A DNA stretch of 64,000 nucleotides from an uncultured Chloroflexia bacterium (GCA_963817245.1 CAWFNQ010000005.1:7890-71889); one strand, 5' to 3'. Counted from the stretch's first letter, positions 19,927-32,275 are shown. The notes: generated by a model not told the origin, from the sequence alone. Translations and numbers: made by a program.

Positions 19927-20814
19927 ATGCGCGAACCGGACCAGGCCGAATTCACCGAACGGATCGATCGGCCCCTCCTCAGCCACACCGCCGTCCGAGG
20001 CGGGATCGTCCTCGGCTCGGCCCTCCTCTTCGCCGTCGGCGTCCTGTCCGTGATGGGCGCCTCGCCCTCGCCCTCGACCGGCACCGACCCATCGACGGGG
20101 GCGAGCCCGTCGGCCGGGACGAGCGCCGCCCCGGCGAGCCCGAACACCTCCAGCCCCACGACCCCGAACGGCGCGCCCGACGGCGGCATGCACATGGGCA
20201 TGGGCCCCGGGTTCATGCGCGGCTTCGGCTCCGGCGACGGCCAGGGGCTCGGCTTCGGCGGGGTGACCATCACCGCCATCGACGGCTCGAACCTCTCGCT
20301 CAAGACCGACGACGGCTGGACGCGGACCATCACCGTCACCGCCGACACGACCATCACCCGAGCCGGAACCACGATCGCGGTGGGTGACCTCAAGGTCGGC
20401 GATCAGATCGTGTTCCGCCAGACCCGCGGGACCGACGGCACGTACACGATCACCGACATCCATCTCGTCCTCCCGACGGTCGCGGGGAAGATCACCAAGA
20501 TCGACGGCTCGACGATCACCGTCCAGCGCTTCGATGGCACGACCCAGGTCATCCACGTCGATGACTCGACGACCTATCGAGTGGCCGGTTCGGCCACCGC
20601 CACGCTCAAGGACCTCGCTGTCGACGATGTGATCGTCGCCCAGGGCACCCAGCGCAGCGACGGGTCGCTCGACGCAGAGTCGGTGGCCGGCGGCCAGATC
20701 CCGTCATTCGACGGCGACGGCGGCCACTTCCGCTTCCCGGGCTGGCCAGGCGACCAGGCACCCGACGGCACCACGCCCAGCGCGTCTCCGGCCCCATCGG
20801 CGAACGCCGGCTGA
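19927..20814 (+). CDS. Secreted/membrane DUF5666-like (tandem OB-fold) protein
   Basis: TM segment, then two repeats ITAIDGSNLSLKT..TT..DLKVGD and ITKIDGSTITV..DLAVDD..GSLDA. Confidence 0.75.
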   Translation: MREPDQAEFTERIDRPLLSHTAVRGGIVLGSALLFAVGVLSVMGASPSPSTGTDPSTGASPSAGTSAAPASPNTSSPTTPNGAPDGGMHMGMGPGFMRGFGSGDGQGLGFGGVTITAIDGSNLSLKTDDGWTRTITVTADTTITRAGTTIAVGDLKVGDQIVFRQTRGTDGTYTITDIHLVLPTVAGKITKIDGSTITVQRFDGTTQVIHVDDSTTYRVAGSATATLKDLAVDDVIVAQGTQRSDGSLDAESVAGGQIPSFDGDGGHFRFPGWPGDQAPDGTTPSASPAPSANAG

Positions 20815-20832
20815 TCCCTCCGACCCCGACCC

Positions 20833-20864
20833 ACGACGCGGTGGCCTCCCGGCCACCGCGTCGT
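20833..20864 (+). terminator. Strong stem-loop (likely terminator)
   Basis: ACGACGCGGTGGCC-TCCC-GGCCACCGCGTCGT: 14-bp perfect stem after the stop at 20814. Confidence 0.6.
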
Positions 20865-20869
20865 CCGAT

Positions 20870-20886
20870 TCTCACGAGCCTCTCAC
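20870..20886 (+). promoter_or_regulatory. MprA-like direct-repeat box TCTCAC-N5-TCTCAC
   Basis: TCTCACgagccTCTCAC upstream of the htrA-like operon. Confidence 0.6.
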
Positions 20887-20950
20887 GCACGGGGCGTTTG
20901 ATGGGGACGAGTCGGGGAGGGACCGATGACCGCCCCGAGGACCGACCACC

Positions 20951-21931
<981 letters not shown>

Positions 21932-21936
21932 CTCCG

Positions 21937-22449
21937 ATGTTCCCTCGCCGCGGAGCCATCGCGATCGCGCTGACGACCGTCGCGCTGGTCGTCCTGATCA
22001 ACTTCAAGACCCCGGACCAGGCCGTCGGGAACGCCAGCGGATCGAGCAGTGGCTCGACCGCGATCGTCGACTCGACCGGCACGACCGGCACGACCGGGAC
22101 GACGGGGAGCACCGGGTCCACGGGCTCGAGCGGCTCCGCGGCGACGCCTACCCCGACCGCGCAGTCGAACGGGGCGTCCACGACCGTCACCGGCCCCGAG
22201 GTCGACAACCAATTCGGGCCCGTCCAGGTCGAGATCACGGTCAGCAACGGGAAGCTTGTCGACGTCGTCGCCGTCCAACTGCCTTCGGGCGGGCGGTCCG
22301 GGCGGATCTCGAGCGTCGCCGCACCGATCCTGCGAAATGAGGCCCTCCAGGCGAAGAGCGCCAACATCGACACCGTATCCGGGGCGACCTACACGAGCAT
22401 GGCCTACCAGCAGAGCCTGCAAGCGGCCCTCGACTCTGCCGGCATCTGA
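21937..22449 (+). CDS. FMN-binding (flavinylated) protein
   Basis: [21 protein letters not shown] flavinylation motif (SGAT). Confidence 0.92.
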   Translation: MFPRRGAIAIALTTVALVVLINFKTPDQAVGNASGSSSGSTAIVDSTGTTGTTGTTGSTGSTGSSGSAATPTPTAQSNGASTTVTGPEVDNQFGPVQVEITVSNGKLVDVVAVQLPSGGRSGRISSVAAPILRNEALQAKSANIDTVSGATYTSMAYQQSLQAALDSAGI

Positions 22450-22455
22450 ACAACG

Positions 22456-23232
22456 ATGACCGCGACGCGCGTCGAGCACGTCATGGGGACCGCAGTCGGG
22501 GTCGAGATCCGGGGCGACCGCCGCGGCGACCCCGGCCTGGACGCCGTCCTCGATGGCGTCTTCGCGCATCTGCGCGACATCGACGCGCGTTTCAGCACAT
22601 ACCGCGCCGACAGCGAGATCAGCCGGCTCGCCCGCGGCGAGCTCATCGAGTCGGACTGCTCGCCGGACGTCCGGCACGTCCTCGCGGCGTGCGACCTGCT
22701 CGCGACCACGACCGGCGGCGCCTTCGATGCCCGGCACCAGCCCGCCGTCGGCGGCCTGGACCCGTCGGCCTACGTCAAGGGCTGGGCGGTGGAGGAGGCG
22801 GCCTGGCTCCTCGACGACGCCGGGGTGACCGACTACGTGATCAACGCCGGCGGGGACGTCATCGCCCGCGGCTGGGCGGCGCCCGGCCGTCCTTGGCGCG
22901 TCGGGGTGCGGCATCCGACCGAGGCCCAGCGCGTCGCGGTCGTCCTCGAGGTGTCCGACCGGGCGGTGGCCACGTCCGGGACCTACGAGCGCGGCGCCCA
23001 CATCGTCGACCCGCGAACGGGCGAACCCGCCACGGGCACGTTGCAGAGCCTGACCGTCGTCGGTCCGCGCCTCGGGTTCGTCGACGCCTACGCGACCGCC
23101 GCGTTCGTCATGGGCCTCGACGGCCTGCGATGGGTCGCCGAGCAGCCAGACCACGATGCCCTGGCCATCACCCTCGACGGCCGGGTCGTTCGGACCGCCG
23201 GGATGGATCGCTACCTCGCGTCGGCCGCCTGA
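22456..23232 (+). CDS. apbE: FAD:protein FMN transferase
   Basis: HVMGT; FSTYRADSEISRL; DPSAYVKGWA; INAGGD; AVATSGTYERGAHIVDP; DAYATA. Confidence 0.92.
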   Translation: MTATRVEHVMGTAVGVEIRGDRRGDPGLDAVLDGVFAHLRDIDARFSTYRADSEISRLARGELIESDCSPDVRHVLAACDLLATTTGGAFDARHQPAVGGLDPSAYVKGWAVEEAAWLLDDAGVTDYVINAGGDVIARGWAAPGRPWRVGVRHPTEAQRVAVVLEVSDRAVATSGTYERGAHIVDPRTGEPATGTLQSLTVVGPRLGFVDAYATAAFVMGLDGLRWVAEQPDHDALAITLDGRVVRTAGMDRYLASAA

Positions 23233-24602
23233 GGCGCGGTGCGCGGCGCCGGCCCGTAGCCGGCCGTCGGCAGCCAGACCAGGAACCGGGCACCACTGCC
23301 GTTGCGGTTGCTCACCGCGATGTGGCCGCCGTGCCGGTCCACGATCCAGGCCGCGATGGCCAGGCCCAGCCCCGTCCCACCGCCCGGGGCGCCCGGCGCC
23401 CGATAGAAGCGCTCGAACACGTGCGGCAGGTCCTCGGGCCGGATCCCGGGTCCGTCGTCGTCGACGGTGATCGTCGCGCCGATCGGCTCGGCGCGGACGG
23501 CCACGCCCACCCGGCCGCCGGCCGGGCTGTGGCGGATGGCATTGTCCACGAGGATCATCACGAGTTGCCGGAGGCGGGCGGCATCGCCGGTGACGACGAC
23601 CGGCTGCGGCTCGACCTGGACCTGGACGCCGCGGTCCGCGGCCGGCTTGGCCAGCGCGGTCGACCCATCGGCGACGACGTCGCCCAGGTCGACGGGCAGG
23701 TGCTCGAGCTCGATCGCGCCCGAATCGGAGCGCGCGAGGAGGAGGAGGTCCTCGACCATCGCCGTCATGTGGCGAACCTCGTCGTCGATGTCCTCAAGGG
23801 CAGTGCCGACTTCGCCGACGGGCTCTGCGCGGTGACGTTGGAGGTGCTCGACGCTGCTGCGGATGACCGTGAGCGGCGTGCGCAGCTCGTGGCTGGCATC
23901 GGCGGCGAAGTCGCGCTGGCGACGGAGCGCCACGCGCTGGTTCGTCAGCGACTGGCGGATCGGGACGAGCGCGCGGCGGGCGTACACGGTCCCGAAGCCG
24001 AAGGCCACGACGATGACCACGAGCCCGCCGACGAGGAGCACGGCGAGCATGACGTCGAGCGTGCTCTGCTCCGCGGTCCGGTCCTGGACGACCTGGATCA
24101 GGAAGGTCGTGCCGGTCCCGTCCTGGATCGGCTCGGTGAGCAGCCGGATCGGGGTGCCTTGGATCTGCGAGGTGCGGACGTCGCGACCGCTTGTGAGGGC
24201 CGCCGTCGCGGCACTGGCGTCCGGCAGGCCCGGCGGAACGCGGAAATTGGGCCGCTGGATGGGGTTGCCGCTCGAATCCATGATCATCGCGAACGTGCCC
24301 GACCCCTGGCCGAAGATGAACCCGTACGGATCGTCGTCGTCGGACGGTGCCGGCGGCCGTTGGCCGGTGGCGATCGCCTTGATCTGGCCCATCCGCGCGT
24401 CGAGCTGCCCGACGCCCGAGTTCGCGAGCGAGCGCGCGGCCGCGAAGTAGAGCGCCGCAGCGAGCACGACGAGGATGACCAGCGTCGTGAGGCCGCTCCA
24501 CAGCACGAGGTTCCGACGGACACGCCGGACCAGTGCGGCATCGGCCTCGTCGGCGGCGCGCTCGAGGTCGCTGCGTTCGTCCGGCGCGATGGGGTCCGTC
24601 AG
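23211..24602 (-). CDS. Sensor histidine kinase
   Basis: Two TMs; FAADASHELRTPL; LVDNAIRH; DDDGPGI; FERFYR; GTGLGLAIA. Start approximate. Confidence 0.92.
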   Translation of the reverse strand: MTDPIAPDERSDLERAADEADAALVRRVRRNLVLWSGLTTLVILVVLAAALYFAAARSLANSGVGQLDARMGQIKAIATGQRPPAPSDDDDPYGFIFGQGSGTFAMIMDSSGNPIQRPNFRVPPGLPDASAATAALTSGRDVRTSQIQGTPIRLLTEPIQDGTGTTFLIQVVQDRTAEQSTLDVMLAVLLVGGLVVIVVAFGFGTVYARRALVPIRQSLTNQRVALRRQRDFAADASHELRTPLTVIRSSVEHLQRHRAEPVGEVGTALEDIDDEVRHMTAMVEDLLLLARSDSGAIELEHLPVDLGDVVADGSTALAKPAADRGVQVQVEPQPVVVTGDAARLRQLVMILVDNAIRHSPAGGRVGVAVRAEPIGATITVDDDGPGIRPEDLPHVFERFYRAPGAPGGGTGLGLAIAAWIVDRHGGHIAVSNRNGSGARFLVWLPTAGYGPAPRTAPQAADAR

Positions 24603-25273
24603 GCATCGGCCATCCGGTACCCGACGCCGCGCACGGTCTCGATCAGGCGGCCCGCACTCCCCAGCTTCTCGCGGAGGTAGTGGATGTAGGCGTCGACCGC
24701 GTTGGGCGTCACGGCCACGCTGAACGGCCATGCCTGGTCGAGCAGCTGGTCGCGCGAGAGCGTCTGGCCGGGATGGCGCAGGAAGCACTCGAGGAGGGAG
24801 AACTCGCGCGGGGAGAGGTCGATGCGCTTGCCGTCGAGCGTCACGCGTCGGGCCGTCTCGTCGAGGATGATGGGGCCGACGACGAGCTTGGGCTCGGGGC
24901 GGCGGGACGCATGGCCGCGCCGCCCGAGGGCCCGCAGGCGGGCCGCCAGCTCCTCGTAGGCGAACGGCTTGACGAGGTAGTCATCAGCCCCGGCGTCGAG
25001 CCCGGTGACCCGGTCCCCGACGGTGTCACGCGCCGTGAGCATGAGGATGGAGACATCCGAGCCGGACGACCGGATCCGCCGGGCGACTTCGAGTCCGGAG
25101 ATATCGGGCAGCCCGATGTCGAGGACGACCGCCTCGACGCCGTCGGTCGCCGACATGATCTCGAGGGCGGACTCGCCGTCGGTGGCCAGTTCCACGACGT
25201 GGCGGTCCTCCTCGAGCAGCCGTCGGAGCAGGCGGCTCAGGCGCGGATCGTCCTCGATGACGAGCAGGTGCAT
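24599..25273 (-). CDS. OmpR-family response regulator (MprA-like)
   Basis: LLVIEDD; LDIGLPD; MLTARD; GADDYLVKPF; REFSLL; IETVRGVGY. Confidence 0.95.
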   Translation of the reverse strand: MHLLVIEDDPRLSRLLRRLLEEDRHVVELATDGESALEIMSATDGVEAVVLDIGLPDISGLEVARRIRSSGSDVSILMLTARDTVGDRVTGLDAGADDYLVKPFAYEELAARLRALGRRGHASRRPEPKLVVGPIILDETARRVTLDGKRIDLSPREFSLLECFLRHPGQTLSRDQLLDQAWPFSVAVTPNAVDAYIHYLREKLGSAGRLIETVRGVGYRMADA

Positions 25274-25294
25274 GGGGTCAGCCTACGACTTCAC

Positions 25295-26017
25295 TCAGGG
25301 GACGACGGTCACGTCGGAGGCCGTGCCGCGGAGCGCGGGCGCGCCACTCGCGGTGCCGCCGTTGGCCGTGCCGCCGTTGCCGGTCCCGCCGTTCCCGTTG
25401 CCCCGGAAGCCGCCGGTCAGCTGGACCTGGACGGCCACCTTGCTGCCGGTCGTCACGTCGGCGGCGGAGGCCGGTGTCTGCGTGTGGTACGCGGTGTCGC
25501 CGCTCAGTGACAGCGTGACCTGCTGACCCGAGGCGGTCGTGATCGTGATGCTGTCGGCAGAGACCGAATCGACGGTCCCGTTGATCGTCACGCCGCCACC
25601 GCCCAGGCCGAAGCGGCCGGCGCCGCCCTGTCCCGTGGCGCCGTTCCCCGCCGCGTTCGGGTCGAAGCTGCCACCGGGGAACGCGAAGTTGCCGTTGCCG
25701 GAGCCCGCGCCCCGCTGGAAGGTGGCGGCTTGGGCCGGCGCCGTGCTCCGTCCGACCGCGAACGCCACGCCGCCGATGGCGACGGCGACCGCAACCCCGA
25801 GCAGGACGTTCAGCCAACGCCCCGACGAGCCGCGTCCCTTGGCCGGTGGCACGGGGACCGGGCGCACGGGCTCGAGGACCGGTCCGCCGGCGCCGGCGCC
25901 GGGAGCCGCCACGGCGGCCGGTGACATGGGTGCCACCGGGTCGGCCGGAGGCAGCGGTTCGCTGGTCGGTGGGACCGGCTGGAAGGTCGGATGGGAGGTG
26001 GTGGGATCGTCGGACAC
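25295..26017 (-). CDS. Membrane-anchored Gly-rich DUF5666-like protein
   Basis: TM LNVLLGVAVAVAIGGVAFAVG; GTVDSVSADSITITT..DVTTGSKV. Confidence 0.7.
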   Translation of the reverse strand: MSDDPTTSHPTFQPVPPTSEPLPPADPVAPMSPAAVAAPGAGAGGPVLEPVRPVPVPPAKGRGSSGRWLNVLLGVAVAVAIGGVAFAVGRSTAPAQAATFQRGAGSGNGNFAFPGGSFDPNAAGNGATGQGGAGRFGLGGGGVTINGTVDSVSADSITITTASGQQVTLSLSGDTAYHTQTPASAADVTTGSKVAVQVQLTGGFRGNGNGGTGNGGTANGGTASGAPALRGTASDVTVVP

Positions 26018-26033
26018 GAGGGGTGACTCCTTG

Positions 26034-27214
26034 CTATTCGTAGCGCAGTGCTGCGATGGGATCGAGACGCGCCGCCTGGCGCGCCGGCCAGACGCCGAAG
26101 ACGACGCCGACCGCGAGGCTGAAGAAGACCGCGACCACGATGGTCGTCAGGTTGAAGGCGAAGCCCCAGCCGGCGAGCTGGCCGATGCCGGCCGAGACGA
26201 CGAGCCCGACGACGATGCCGATCAGGCCGCCGAGGAGGGAGAGGGTCAGGGCCTCGACGAGGAACTGGGCGAGGATGTCCCGCCCACGCGCGCCGATGGC
26301 CTTGCGGATGCCGATCTCGCGGGTCCGCTCGCGGACCGAGACCAGCATGATGTTCATGATCCCGATGCCGCCGACGATCAGCGAGATCGAGGCGATCCCG
26401 CCGAGGAGCAGCGTCAGGGTGTCGCTGATCGACGACGCCGCGGCGAGCAGCTGGGTCTGGTTGAAGACGTTGAAGTCGCTCGTCGCGTCGGCCGCCAGGT
26501 CGTGCCGATCGCGCAGGAGCGTGGTCAGCTCGGCCGATGTCGCGTCCATCTGGGTGGGGTCCGCGACGCTCACGCCGATCGTCCGGACCTCGTTCCCGCC
26601 GACGAAGTACTTCTGCACGGCTCCCACCGGCACGAGTACCTGGTCATCCGGATCCTGGAAGCCCGAGCCGCCCTTCGGCTGGAGGATGCCGATCACGGTG
26701 AACGGGATCCCACCGACCGAGATGGTCGTGCCGAGGTCGCTCGAGGTGAGCCCGAGGTTGTCGGCCGTGGTCGTGCCGAGGACCGCGACGCGCAGGTCAT
26801 GATCGACGCTGACGTCGGTCAGGAACGAGCCCTGCCAGACCTCATAGGCACGCACCTGCGGGTACGAGGACGAGGTCCCGATGACCGTCGTCGTGGTGCT
26901 CTTGTCGCCGGCCTGGACGAGCAGGCTCGTCGAGACCTCCGGGGCGACGGCCGCGACCGAATCGAGCTTGGCGATGGCGTCGCGCGTCATCGAGGGTGAG
27001 CGTCGAGGCGCCGCCGGTCGGCGAGACCGTCAGGAGGTTGGTGCCCAGGCTGTTGAGCCGGTTGGTGATGTTCGTGGTCGTGCCCTGGCCCGACGCCGAC
27101 GAGGGCGACGACGGAGGCGACGCCGATGATCACGCCGAGCATCGTCAGCGCCGCGCGCAGGCGGCTCGTGCGCAGGCGCGAGAAGGCCAGCCGAAGCAGC
27201 TCGAGGAGGCTCAT
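26034..27214 (-). CDS. MacB-like ABC transporter permease (frameshifted)
   Basis: [14 protein letters not shown]; [29 protein letters not shown]; QFLVEA; [17 protein letters not shown]. Confidence 0.9.
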
Positions 27215-27890
27215 GCCGCGATCCGTCCGTCGAAGCAGGTGGATCTGGCGGCCGGCCGACGCTGCCACCTCGGCGTCGTGGGTGATGAGGACGATGGTGC
27301 GCCCGGCGGCGTTCAGCTCACGGAACAGCGCGAGCACCTCGGCGCCGGAATGGCTGTCGAGGTTGCCCGTCGGCTCGTCGGCGAGGATGAGCGCGGGCTC
27401 GGTGACGATCGCGCGGGCCACCGCGACCCGCTGCTGCTGCCCGCCGGACAGCTCGGTCGGTTCGTGGGTCGAGCCGGTCGCCGAGGCCGAGGCGCTCGAG
27501 CGCCTCCTTCGCCCGCTGGGCCCGCTTCGACGCGCGACACGCCCTGGTAGAGGAGCGGCGTCGCGACGTTGTCGAGCGCGGAGGTCCGCGGCAGCAGGTT
27601 GTACGACTGGAAGACGAAGCCGATGGTCCGGCTGCGGAGATGCGCCAGACCGTCGTCGTCGAGTTCGGCGACCGGCGTCCCGGCGAGCCGGTAGTCGCCA
27701 GAGGTCGGCCGGTCGAGGCAGCCGAGGATGTGCATCATCGTGCTCTTGCCCGACCCGGATGGCCCGACGATCGCGAGGAACTCGCCCTCGTGGACCTCGA
27801 GGCTCACGCCGGCGAGCGCCGGTACCTCGACATGGCCCATCTGGTACACCCGGCGTCACCTGGTCGAGGCGAGATGATGGGCTCGGCCAT
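27211..27890 (-). CDS. ABC transporter ATP-binding protein (frameshifted)
   Basis: GPSGSGKST; [11 protein letters not shown]; [14 protein letters not shown]; [11 protein letters not shown]; ITHD. Confidence 0.9.
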
Positions 27891-27892
27891 CG

Positions 27893-29099
27893 TCAGTTCC
27901 CGCCGTTGTTGCGGTTGTTGCCGGTGCCGTTGCGGAAGAACTGCCCGCCGCCCGCTCCGACGCCGGGGATGGCGACGCCGCCGAACCCGCCCGTCGTGGT
28001 GGTCCCGTTGCGCGCGCTGGCGGTCCCGGTCACGACCTCCTGGCCTTCGGCCAGGCCGCTCTTGATCTCGGCGGAGGTATTCGTCACGAGGCCGACATCG
28101 ACGGTCTGGGGCTGGGGCTGACCGGCGGCGTCGAGGAGCAGCACGCTGTAGTTCCCGGTCGTGCCGCGGAGCGCGGCCGCCGGCACGGTCAGGACCCCGT
28201 TCGCGCTCGCGATGGTGATCGTGACATCGGCCGTCATCCCGGAGCGGAGCGTCGTCGGTGCGCCCGTGAGCGTGACCGTCACCGGATAGGACACGACGCT
28301 CGAGTTGCCGCTGCTCGTGGCGGCGACCGGCGAGATGGCGGAGACCTTTCCGTCGATGACGGCGTCGACCGCGCTCACCGAGACCGAGGCCGTCTGGCCG
28401 ACCTTGACGTCGGCCAGGTCGCTCTCGACCACGTCGGTCGTGACCTGGAACCCGGGCGCGTCGATGACGATGCGCGGTGCCCGACGGGGCGTCGAAGCCG
28501 GCGCTGATGTTCGACTCGGTGACGACCCCGTCGATGGGCGACTTCAACGTTGCGGCCGCGATCTGGATCTTGAGGTCGTTGACGGCCTGCCTCGCCTGGG
28601 CGAGCTGGTTCTCGGCGTTCAGCACGCCGATCGTGGCCTGGCGGATCTGCGCCGTGACGTCAGCGGTCTTTGCGTCGGACAGGTTCGTGTTCGCGACGCG
28701 GAGGCTGACTCGTGCGGAATCGAGGGTGTTCTCGGCCGTCGCGAGCTGCGCGCCGCAGATCGGCCGTGTCGGCCGTGGCCAGGACGTCGCCCTTCTTGAC
28801 GCTGTCGCCGACGGCGGCCTTGACCTCCTTGACACGGAAGGTCGTCGAGGAGGTCGGCGCGGTGCTGGTGTCGGTGACCAGGTACGGGTCCGCCCCGAAC
28901 GACGAGGCCGTAGCGCGACTGCGGCGCCAGGGTGCCCGGTCGCGGCGACGTCGTCCGTGACGTCGCCAGTGGTCGCCGCGCTGGTGAGGTACTGCGTGCG
29001 TGCGCGGCCGATCCCGGTCTGGATCCCGCCCAGCGCGAACACCGCCGCACCGACACCCACGACGACGAGCACGAGCACCGCGACGATCTTCAGCTTCAT
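27893..29099 (-). CDS. MacA-like efflux adaptor/membrane fusion protein (frameshifted)
   Basis: MKLKIVAVLVLVVVG; VGDSVKKGDVLA; LKSPIDGVV; VESDLADVKVGQ; LRSGMTADV; EIKSGLAEGQEVV. Confidence 0.85.
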
Positions 29100-29208
29100 G
29101 GAGGTTCCTTCCGACGTGTGTCCCAGATCCGATGCGATCGTGGCCGCGAGACCACGGCACGAGGCCGCACATCGGCGGCCACTTCGCCCCTGATTCCACT
29201 CGGGAACC

Positions 29209-29225
29209 ATGAGATGCGCATGAGA
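29209..29225 (-). promoter_or_regulatory. MprA-like direct-repeat box TCTCAT-N5-TCTCAT
   Basis: Minus strand gatTCTCATgcgcaTCTCAT upstream of the macA-like operon. Confidence 0.6.
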
Positions 29226-29323
29226 ATCCGGCACCAGTCGGCGCAGTCCACGATCGGGGATGACCGCCACGACACGGGACGACCGCCCGCTTGCCCGGGC
29301 GAGCCTCCTACCATCACGCCGAC

Positions 29324-30880
29324 ATGGACGACCCCACGCCGGACGCCACCACTCCAGCCCCCGAGGCGCATCGCCGCCGGCCGCGCCGGACCGGTGGCGC
29401 GGTCGAGCAGCTCCCCTGGCGTCGCCTGACGAACCCATTCCGGCCGCTCGAGATCCTGTCCGCCGACCAGGTCGAGGCCATCCACCACGCGTCGCTCCGG
29501 ATCCTGTCCGAGATCGGGTTCGAGGTCCTCGGTGATCAGGTCCTCGACGCCTTCGCCGGGGTCGGCGCCCGGGTCGATCGTTTGGAGCGACGCGTCCGCC
29601 TCGATCCGGCCCAGACCGAGGAACTGATCCGGACCGCGCCGTCCGAGTTCCGGCTCCACGCGCGCAACCCGGACCGGGATGTCATCTTCGGCGGCGCCAA
29701 CCTCGTCTTCTCGGCCGTCGGCGGCCCGGCGTTCGTCACCGACCTCGATCGCGGCCGCCGGCCCGGCAACTACGCGGACTTCGTCGAATACGTCCGGCTG
29801 ATCGCGGCGCTCGACGTCATCCACCAGGAGGGCGGCGGTCCGCTCGAGCCCACCGACCTGCCGGTCCCGACCCGCCACCTCGACATGTACGCGACGTTCG
29901 CCAAGGAGCTCGACAAGACCTGGCAGTGCCTGGGGTTCGGGGCGACGCCGGTGCACGACGCGATGGCCGTTGCCGCCCTCATCCGCGGGATCGACCACGA
30001 CGCCCTCGAGGACGAGCCGTCGTGCATGACGGTCATCAACACGAACTCGCCGCTTCGGCTCGACGGGCCGATGGGGGACGGCTTGATCGAGATGGCCAAG
30101 CACGGCCAGCCGGTGGTGGCCACCCCGTTCACGCTCGCCGGCGCGATGAGTCCGGTCTCGCTCGCCGGCGCGATCGCCCAGCAGAACGCCGAGGCGCTGT
30201 TCCTCGTGGCGCTCGCCCAAGTGGTCCGGCCTGGGGCGCCCGTCGTCTACGGCGCGTTCACCTCGAACGTCGACATGCGGACCGGTTCGCCGGCGTTCGG
30301 GACCCCGGAGTCGGTCAAGAGCCAGCTCGCGAGCGGGCAGCTCGCCCGACGCTACGGGCTGCCATGGCGGTCATCGAACGCGACGGCGTCGAGCGTCGTC
30401 GACGCGCAGGCGGCGTACGAAGCCGAGATGGCGGTCTGGGGCGCGGTGATGGGCGGCGTGAACCTGCTCTACCAGGGCGCCGGCTGGCTCGAGGGCGGCC
30501 TGACCGCCTCGTTCGAGAAGCTCATCGTCGACGCCGAGATCCTCCAGATGATGGCCGAGGTGCTCCAGCCGATCCCCGTCGACGAGGCGAGCCTCGGGTT
30601 CGACGCCATCGCCGACGTCGGGCCCGGCGGGCACTTCTTCTCGACCGCCCACACGCTCGAGCGGTACGAGCACGCCTTCTACCGGCCGCTCATCTCCGAT
30701 TGGCGCAACTTCGAGACGTGGCAGGCGGACGGCTCGCGCACGGCGACCGAGCGCGCGAACACCCTCTGGAAGCGGCTGCTCGAGGAGCACGTGCCACCCG
30801 CCCTCGACCCGCCGGTCGCGGAGGCGCTCGACGCGTTCGTCGCCCGTCGCAAGCGCGAGATCGAGTCTGGCCGAGGCTGA
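29324..30880 (+). CDS. MttB-family (non-pyrrolysine) trimethylamine/glycine-betaine methyltransferase
   Basis: IHHASLRILSEIG; HARNP; INTNSPLRLD; TPFTLAGAMSPVSLAG; FTSNVDMRTGSPAFGTPE; DAQAAYE; GWLEGGL; VGPGGHFF. Confidence 0.93.
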   Translation: MDDPTPDATTPAPEAHRRRPRRTGGAVEQLPWRRLTNPFRPLEILSADQVEAIHHASLRILSEIGFEVLGDQVLDAFAGVGARVDRLERRVRLDPAQTEELIRTAPSEFRLHARNPDRDVIFGGANLVFSAVGGPAFVTDLDRGRRPGNYADFVEYVRLIAALDVIHQEGGGPLEPTDLPVPTRHLDMYATFAKELDKTWQCLGFGATPVHDAMAVAALIRGIDHDALEDEPSCMTVINTNSPLRLDGPMGDGLIEMAKHGQPVVATPFTLAGAMSPVSLAGAIAQQNAEALFLVALAQVVRPGAPVVYGAFTSNVDMRTGSPAFGTPESVKSQLASGQLARRYGLPWRSSNATASSVVDAQAAYEAEMAVWGAVMGGVNLLYQGAGWLEGGLTASFEKLIVDAEILQMMAEVLQPIPVDEASLGFDAIADVGPGGHFFSTAHTLERYEHAFYRPLISDWRNFETWQADGSRTATERANTLWKRLLEEHVPPALDPPVAEALDAFVARRKREIESGRG

Positions 30881-30884
30881 CGAA

Positions 30885-30969
30885 AGCCGACGCTGCCGGC
30901 GATCCGCACGAGCGCATCGAAGGCGTCTTCGTCGCCTTGCTGCGCCAGTTCGACCAGCCGTCGATCCAC
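30885..30969 (-). pseudogene. N-terminal remnant of an ECF sigma factor
   Basis: GAGGGAGG RBS + GTG: MDRRLVELAQQGDEDAFDALVR, a typical ECF N-terminus, then runs antisense into mttB with no sigma2/sigma4. Confidence 0.55.
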
Positions 30970-31048
30970 GGAGCCTCCCTCGTCCGACGCGCCCGATGGA
31001 CGTGTATAGCATGAAGAGGGCGTCGACCGCGGAAGGGTTCGATCTTGG

Positions 31049-32273
31049 CTAGAAGTCGAGCTCGTACACGTCGAGGATCCGATCCGCGTCGTCGACGACG
31101 AGGGCCTCGCGCCAGAGCTGGAACGCCGTGCACGGGTGCGAGATGCCGAACCCGACGAGGTCGCCGACGGCCAGCCGGGCGTCGTCGTCGAGGGCGATGA
31201 ACGCGTGCTGGTCGTTGAGCTTGGTGACCCGGAAGCCGGGCTCCGCGGCGCGGACCACGCCATCGGCGGAGGACCGGACGCGGACGACGACCGGGAGGTC
31301 CTGGTCGACCGGCAGGTCGCGGCGGCCGGCGCCGGCGATCGCGAGTCCCGGCTCCGGCGCCGACACGACCGGCGCCCAGACCTCGATGGCGGGTTCGAGT
31401 CGTGGCGCCCCGGGGGCGGCGCGCATGCCGAACGGCGAGCCGCGCTCGTAGAGGCCGTGATCGTGAGTGACGTACGCGCCGCTGCGGAGGACGACGCGCA
31501 CGGGGAGGGCCGTCGTCCACGGCCGCCCGAGCTCGTCGGCCACGACATCCGGGTAGGTGCTGCCGCCGCCCGTGACGACGATCTCTGAGATCCCGGACCG
31601 GGCCAGGAGTGGCTCGATCCGGGCGACCACCTCGCGCGCGAGGGTGGTCATCCCGCGGATGGCCGCGAGCTTCGCATCGGGCGTCTCGCCGCCGACCACG
31701 CCCTCGTAGATGGAGACGCCCGCGAGCCGGAGCGCCGGCGCCGAGGCGGCTACGGCGACCGCGACGGCCTCCGCCTCGTCGACAGTTCGCACCCCGGTCC
31801 GTCCGCCGCGGACACCGACATCGACGAGGACAGGCCAGCGGGCGCCGTCGACCGGCCAACCGGCCCGCCATCCGCTCGACGCCCGCGACCGAATCGACGA
31901 GGACGAGCAGCTCCGGGCCATCGGCATCGAGGACGCCGCCGATCCAGTCGAGCCCCGCGTCGTCGACGACCTCGTTCGCGATGAGGATCCGTTCGATCCC
32001 CGCGTCGGCGGCCACCTCCGCCTGCCATGGGTGGGCGACGGTGATCGCCCACGCGCCAGCCTCGACCTGCCGGCGGAAGATCGCCGGCGCCATGGTCGTC
32101 TTGCCGTGGGGTGCGAACGAGAGGCCGCGTCCGCGACAGAAGTCTGCGAGGACCGCGATGTCATGGGCCAGCGCCGACTCGCGGAGGACGAAGACCGGGA
32201 GTCGGATCGTCGGGTCGAAGAGCGAGCGACCGATCCGGGCGTCCGCCGTCGCGCCGGTCGCCACCGTCGCCAC
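31049..32273 (-). CDS. PLP-dependent alanine-racemase-like / D-serine deaminase-like protein (frameshift near 31845)
   Basis: APHGKTTMAP; ILIANEV; GGRTG; YEG; TGGGS; LRSGAYVTHDHG; KLNDQH; FGISHPCTAF. Confidence 0.85.
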
Positions 32274-32275
32274 CG

